32,000 nt of DNA from positions 690,001-722,000 of the forward strand of contig NZ_CP021983.2 of assembly GCF_002075285.3 (NCBI RefSeq), given 5' to 3'. This stretch comes from Halomicronema hongdechloris C2206 (GTDB taxonomy: Bacteria > Cyanobacteriota > Cyanobacteriia > Phormidesmidales > Phormidesmidaceae). The position numbers and the translations under genes were made by a program. Shown here one piece after another: positions 24,122-32,000 of the stretch (within the stretch, counting starts at the first letter, position 1; every line of letters begins with the position of its first letter). The notes under the pieces are model-generated. The model was not told the origin of the DNA and ran no database searches. It worked only from the letters and a program-made list of their open reading frames with translations.

Positions 24122-26203
24122 TCAAACGGAGATGGCGGTAAAGTTAACTGCATTCTGCAAGTCTTCTACAAATTTTTGACGTCCTGGCAAAGGATTTTCA
24201 GAGACATGATCCGTTCCGAAGACTGTAACCACTTGGTAAGACTGATTTGGGATATTGAGATTGTTAGAGGAAATCCAGACAAAGGACGGGGTGCCTAGCT
24301 CTCCACCTATGAATTCATTTCCAATCTTCTGCAGATTCTTGCCTTTATAGTCTGGATTATATAAAAAATCTAATGCTTTTCCACGGATTTCAGACGACTG
24401 ACCTTCTTGTGGCCAGTCATCTACCTGATTAGGATGTTTCATGTTAGGAGAAGGTATGAGGAAAATACCTGAGTTGACGTTCAAAACATCTTGATTACGC
24501 TTCCCCTTTCCTGGCCCTCCCGGATTACCTGGAGATAACGCACCTCTGGGATCTGCTTTCCTGACATCAGTAAAGCTTGTCTCTAAAGAAGTTAGAAAAT
24601 CTTGCCAAATTCCCTTATTACAATCCAGACGATCCTTTTTTTCGGGCTCCCAGTAGCATCCACGCAGTCCACTATGCTTTTTATCCTTGTTCCAATGAAG
24701 CGGGCGTCGGGCTCCACGTCCAACGCCACCTAAATGAATCGCTAGCTTGTATACATTCTGAATTAGTGCTAAATGACTTGGCTCTTGTGCTTCTAAAATG
24801 ACAGTTCCAGAGATTTTGTGTGGAATATTAACATCATTGAGAGAACTCTGATCTTCTTCAAATTCAACTTTAATGTCAATACTGCCGTGAACGGCTTTGG
24901 GTTCTAAAGCGCCGAAAAGTTTAGCTTCTAATTCTTTACAATGCTCTGGAGTGTAGAGACCCAGTGCAACAGCTCGAAACCAATACCGCAACATGCCACG
25001 AACTGCTGAAGGGCGGAACTCTCGTTGCCCTGAATCGGCACCGTAGATTCCTTGCGACCACAGCTCAAAGTGGTGTTTACTCTTATAAGGTGAAGATTCC
25101 TCGGGCCTAGTAAGGTCATTCACTTGGTGAGCTTGACCGTAGCCAGCACTTACACGAGATCCTAAGCCACTAGTCAGCATCGCTTGCTCTAGCCAATCCA
25201 TGACAACTTGAACATCTTCTGCCTTTCCTCGACTCGTATGAGTCAAGCCAATATTGAAGTTTAAATTCTGAAGAGACAGGATCTGATGGGGAGATGGACC
25301 ATATTTAACCTGATCACCTTGCCATATCCACTGAGGAGTTGCCACATCTACGCTAAGACTCGGAGCGGTAGGAAAAGCATCTAGAATTTCAACAGCAGCC
25401 ATAGACGCTTTTTCTCCTTGTAAGAATCCCAAGAGGTGATTGATTTCGTCACTACTTTTGTTAGCATCTCTGGCCCAGGATCTTAATATTCCTTTGATGC
25501 TACTCGCTGGTATGTAAGGAATTCCATAGATAGGATGCATCGCAGGGAGTAACCGCTCACGAAATCCCTGTAATCCACCCACACGAACCCGCCAGGGATA
25601 CTGTACAGAAACAATTGCTTTTTTGCTGTTTTTAGTGGCCAGGTCAGTAATTTCACAAGCTAGCAATTCAACTCTTTGATTCAGCCTTTCATAGAGATCA
25701 GTCCAATCTTTATCCGCACCTGCTGCATTAGCTAGGAGAACGCGAACGCGCTTGTCATCAATATCGAGAATCTCCTTTTTGATCGCAGAACAGTTGCAGG
25801 CATTATTCCTTTTTTCTTTGCTGATTCGCTTTAAGATTTTCTCGAAATCTGTTTCCTTGCGTGAATTACCTCTATTTAACTTCTCTGACTCTAAGAGTGA
25901 TTTTATTTCTCTGAGACGAGAACTTAGTCCTTGAATTGACAAAAGCTCAGATAATACTTCTTGCTTGCTGAAAAAATCTTCGTAATCATATTTTACTCCA
26001 GAAATACTTAATTCAAGATCATCGAGTTTAAGAACTTGTAGAGGTATTTTACTTCTATTCCTTGGAGATAAAATCTTGGAATTCCTTGACTTTTTAGATG
26101 GTTTGTTTGACCTGTTTTTGTTTGGTTTGTTTTCTGAAGGCAGTTGATTCTTCAAGAAAGCCAGATCTTGAAGAGTTGTCTTGTTCTTGTTATTGGATGC
26201 CAT
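24122..26203 (-). CDS. cmr6: type III-B RAMP fusion protein: N-terminal K/N/S-rich extension + Cmr6-like RAMP + Cmr1-like RAMP
   Basis: The ATG at 26203 lies 2 nt after the cmr5 stop. Cmr6-like motifs: YPWRVRVGG...HPIYGIPYIPASSIKGILRS ... GLGSRVSAGYGQ. Cmr1-like motifs: FRPSAVRGMLRYWFRAV ... KLFG ... HLGGVGRGARR. The first ~150 aa are low-complexity and basic (NKNKTT...NKPNKNRSNKPSKKSRNSK). Confidence 0.75.
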   Translation of the reverse strand: MASNNKNKTTLQDLAFLKNQLPSENKPNKNRSNKPSKKSRNSKILSPRNRSKIPLQVLKLDDLELSISGVKYDYEDFFSKQEVLSELLSIQGLSSRLREIKSLLESEKLNRGNSRKETDFEKILKRISKEKRNNACNCSAIKKEILDIDDKRVRVLLANAAGADKDWTDLYERLNQRVELLACEITDLATKNSKKAIVSVQYPWRVRVGGLQGFRERLLPAMHPIYGIPYIPASSIKGILRSWARDANKSSDEINHLLGFLQGEKASMAAVEILDAFPTAPSLSVDVATPQWIWQGDQVKYGPSPHQILSLQNLNFNIGLTHTSRGKAEDVQVVMDWLEQAMLTSGLGSRVSAGYGQAHQVNDLTRPEESSPYKSKHHFELWSQGIYGADSGQREFRPSAVRGMLRYWFRAVALGLYTPEHCKELEAKLFGALEPKAVHGSIDIKVEFEEDQSSLNDVNIPHKISGTVILEAQEPSHLALIQNVYKLAIHLGGVGRGARRPLHWNKDKKHSGLRGCYWEPEKKDRLDCNKGIWQDFLTSLETSFTDVRKADPRGALSPGNPGGPGKGKRNQDVLNVNSGIFLIPSPNMKHPNQVDDWPQEGQSSEIRGKALDFLYNPDYKGKNLQKIGNEFIGGELGTPSFVWISSNNLNIPNQSYQVVTVFGTDHVSENPLPGRQKFVEDLQNAVNFTAISV

Positions 26204-26205
26204 AG

Positions 26206-26709
26206 TTATTCTTTTGCCTCCCCAAGAATAGCGGTCGCCCAAAACCCCCATTCTTTAGCTAACTGCATAGCTAATCTGTTCAAAGCTGTATACTTTCGCA
26301 ATTCCATATTGACGAGTGTTTTTTCATCGCTTGCGTCATACCCATGACTCCAAATCACGAACTCTTCCTTGCTGAGATACTTTAACCGCTCTAGGAATAG
26401 GCCATAAACCTTGCCCTTATATTTTGTGTCTGAGGCCATGCCTATAGAAAACTTTTTGGCATCGCCTGTTAACCTGTGCAGGCCCCAAGCTGCAATATAG
26501 GTAGACAGGCCTTGTACTAAGCTACTTGATTTCTCGCAATATGATTTTGTTCTTTCATTAACTTCTTTTTCTGAAGGACGAGCATTAGGAAGTCTCCTTT
26601 CTTCTTTTTCTTTCTTGATGACTTCTGCAGCTAAATCGTGCAAATGACCTCGTAGATCGTGTAGTGCTTTATAGGCCTGTTGGCTAAATTCTCGACTATC
26701 GATATTCAT
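26206..26709 (-). CDS. cmr5: Cmr5-like small subunit (Cas11 family)
   Basis: 167-aa helical protein between cmr4 and cmr6, with an ATGA overlap with the cmr4 stop (26706-26709). The call rests mainly on position and size, and the sequence motifs are weak. Confidence 0.6.
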   Translation of the reverse strand: MNIDSREFSQQAYKALHDLRGHLHDLAAEVIKKEKEERRLPNARPSEKEVNERTKSYCEKSSSLVQGLSTYIAAWGLHRLTGDAKKFSIGMASDTKYKGKVYGLFLERLKYLSKEEFVIWSHGYDASDEKTLVNMELRKYTALNRLAMQLAKEWGFWATAILGEAKE

Positions 26710-27686
26710 GATTGAGCCTCCTGGGTCTTAGACTTATCTGTTTTGAGGCTGCTCCAGCCACGACCGAGTCCTTCTAGTCCGCCAAACTGCAATCGTTTTC
26801 CTAGCATATCTTGCAGGGAAGCTTTAACAGCTTCGTGGTTATCCACTCTGGTTTTATGTTCTGCCTTAGCCTTATCAATTTCTTCAGGCTTCATTCCTGG
26901 TTTTGGCTTGAAAGGGCGAATAGGCTTGGTCGCCCAAGGGAAAAATAAAACAGTTTCTGGAGGAATTGCTTCTTCCGAACGGAATGAGCCTCCTTTAACT
27001 GTCTTTTCATTTTCGTTTAAGGCAACTCTGACCTCTCGTTGCAGTCCTGTTTCCACTAACGAAACACAGTCCTCATTACTTAAAACCACTAGCCGCTGTT
27101 CTATCTCTCCAATGATTCCATTACCTGCTGTAATTGCTTTGATCTTCTTCGAAAGGGATTGGGTATCGACCGATGAGTCAATGTCATCAGGCTTTAATAG
27201 AGCTGTTTGTAGGTAAAGGGGTTCTGCCTTAAACGTTGCGATCGCTGATTTTGCCTTATTTCCTTCTAAGCCCTTAAGTTTCTTGTGACAATCCTCGGCA
27301 AACGTTTTAACGTTATCACCATCATTTCCCAGCCATCGACTCCAGCGCTCAAGCCAGAGCGGACAGGTAATCCAAACCAGATGATGACTCAGTGATGCGA
27401 TTGGGAAAAACAGAAGCGTGGCATCGGCAAACCAGACTTCTCCTTCTGTTGGTTGACCCCCACCTTCAATCTTTTGGCCAAAAAACGTTTGAACTGCATC
27501 TTTTAGTCCATCATTCTCGTACTTCTGCTCCATTGCTGCCCGAATGCGCCCTCGCACAGAAGAGGCAGGCATGTAAGGAAACTCGATATGCACTTCTCGG
27601 GCAATGCCCATCAGATTTCCCTCATCAGCACTCCCCCCTGTATGCAGCGGCGTGAATAAATACAAATAGGTCAAATAGTTATCCAT
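26706..27686 (-). CDS. cmr4: Cmr4 (Cas7-family backbone RAMP) of a type III-B complex
   Basis: MDNYLTYLYLFTPLHTGGSADEGNLMGIAREVHIEFPYMPASSVRGRIRAA aligns residue for residue with the canonical Cmr4 N-terminus. The C-terminal glycine loop is LQFGGLEGLGRGW. Confidence 0.85.
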   Translation of the reverse strand: MDNYLTYLYLFTPLHTGGSADEGNLMGIAREVHIEFPYMPASSVRGRIRAAMEQKYENDGLKDAVQTFFGQKIEGGGQPTEGEVWFADATLLFFPIASLSHHLVWITCPLWLERWSRWLGNDGDNVKTFAEDCHKKLKGLEGNKAKSAIATFKAEPLYLQTALLKPDDIDSSVDTQSLSKKIKAITAGNGIIGEIEQRLVVLSNEDCVSLVETGLQREVRVALNENEKTVKGGSFRSEEAIPPETVLFFPWATKPIRPFKPKPGMKPEEIDKAKAEHKTRVDNHEAVKASLQDMLGKRLQFGGLEGLGRGWSSLKTDKSKTQEAQS

Positions 27687-27690
27687 TTCC

Positions 27691-27750
27691 TTAGCAGTCT
27701 CCCCATAACAACATTCCGTAGTTCAGCTTTTTAAGGATGACGTTTCTCAT
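27691..27750 (-). pseudogene. 19-codon scar: first ~8 codons of a RelE/ParE-like toxin fused to a duplicated cmr3 3' end
   Basis: MRNVILKK|[11 protein letters not shown]. Its ATG overlaps the antitoxin stop (ATGA, 27747-27750). Nucleotides 27699-27727 are identical to the true cmr3 3' end at 28035-28063. Confidence 0.55.
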
Positions 27751-27965
27751 AGACGCTCGATCTCTGTAATGGCCTGTTCCAGAGGGATGGCTTCATCGTC
27801 ATCAGCCTTAGCCATATCAAAGGCATAGAGTGACTCAAGCTCTTCCAACTCCTCTAACAATTTTTGATACACCCCAATATCAAGCACGACGCCAATACGT
27901 TTCCCTTGGTTATCGACGAGGTAGCGTTCTCGCAAACTATCCATGTCTCCAGTCATCCTTAACAA
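27747..27965 (-). CDS. orphan type II antitoxin-like protein (Phd/YefM-RelB-like) embedded between cmr3 and cmr4
   Basis: ...LRERYLVDNQGKRIGVVLDIGVYQKLLEELEELESLYAFDMAKADDDEAIPLEQAITEIERL is a very common cyanobacterial antitoxin pattern. The start is ambiguous (TTG 27965, ATG 27956 or ATG 27944). No intact toxin lies downstream. Confidence 0.65.
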   Translation of the reverse strand: MLRMTGDMDSLRERYLVDNQGKRIGVVLDIGVYQKLLEELEELESLYAFDMAKADDDEAIPLEQAITEIERL

Positions 27966-28029
27966 ACTTGTCTGATGCTAGCCGGGTGGCACAAAGCCGC
28001 GCCCTGCAATAATCACGCATGGTGTTTCC

Positions 28030-32000
<3,971 letters not shown>

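Overview
This looks like a cyanobacterial accessory region. The HIP1 octamer GCGATCGC is frequent, Uma2, DUF4058 and DUF29-type genes are numerous, and there are many intact and decayed toxin-antitoxin (TA) modules. Three blocks dominate. (1) A CRISPR array at 14070-17055, best read on the minus strand, has 39 intact repeats plus one degenerate repeat and is built from two repeat variants. (2) A TA cassette island at about 18.1-23.2 kb has cassettes separated by a HIP1-capped palindromic repeat. (3) A minus-strand type III-B (Cmr) operon spans 23250-32000: cas10/cmr2 (runs off the window), cmr3, an orphan antitoxin, cmr4, cmr5, a cmr6::cmr1 fusion, and an unknown membrane protein. I see no cas6, cas1, cas2 or recognisable CARF/SAVED/Csx1/Csm6 gene, although Cas10 keeps its GGDD cyclase motif. 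The strongest candidate for something undescribed is a pair of paralogous membrane-anchored proteins of unrecognised family. One is the last gene of the cmr operon. The other is transcribed divergently from the CRISPR leader. Both are plausible type III accessory effector or sensor candidates. Other notable points: the cmr operon is compositionally chimeric, with a TA-cassette scar and a 29-nt duplication at the GC break. Cmr4 may lack the canonical catalytic Asp. The array trailer carries duplicated long hairpin units and a 21-nt-periodic repeat block. All family assignments come from reading motifs by eye and need HMM or structure searches.
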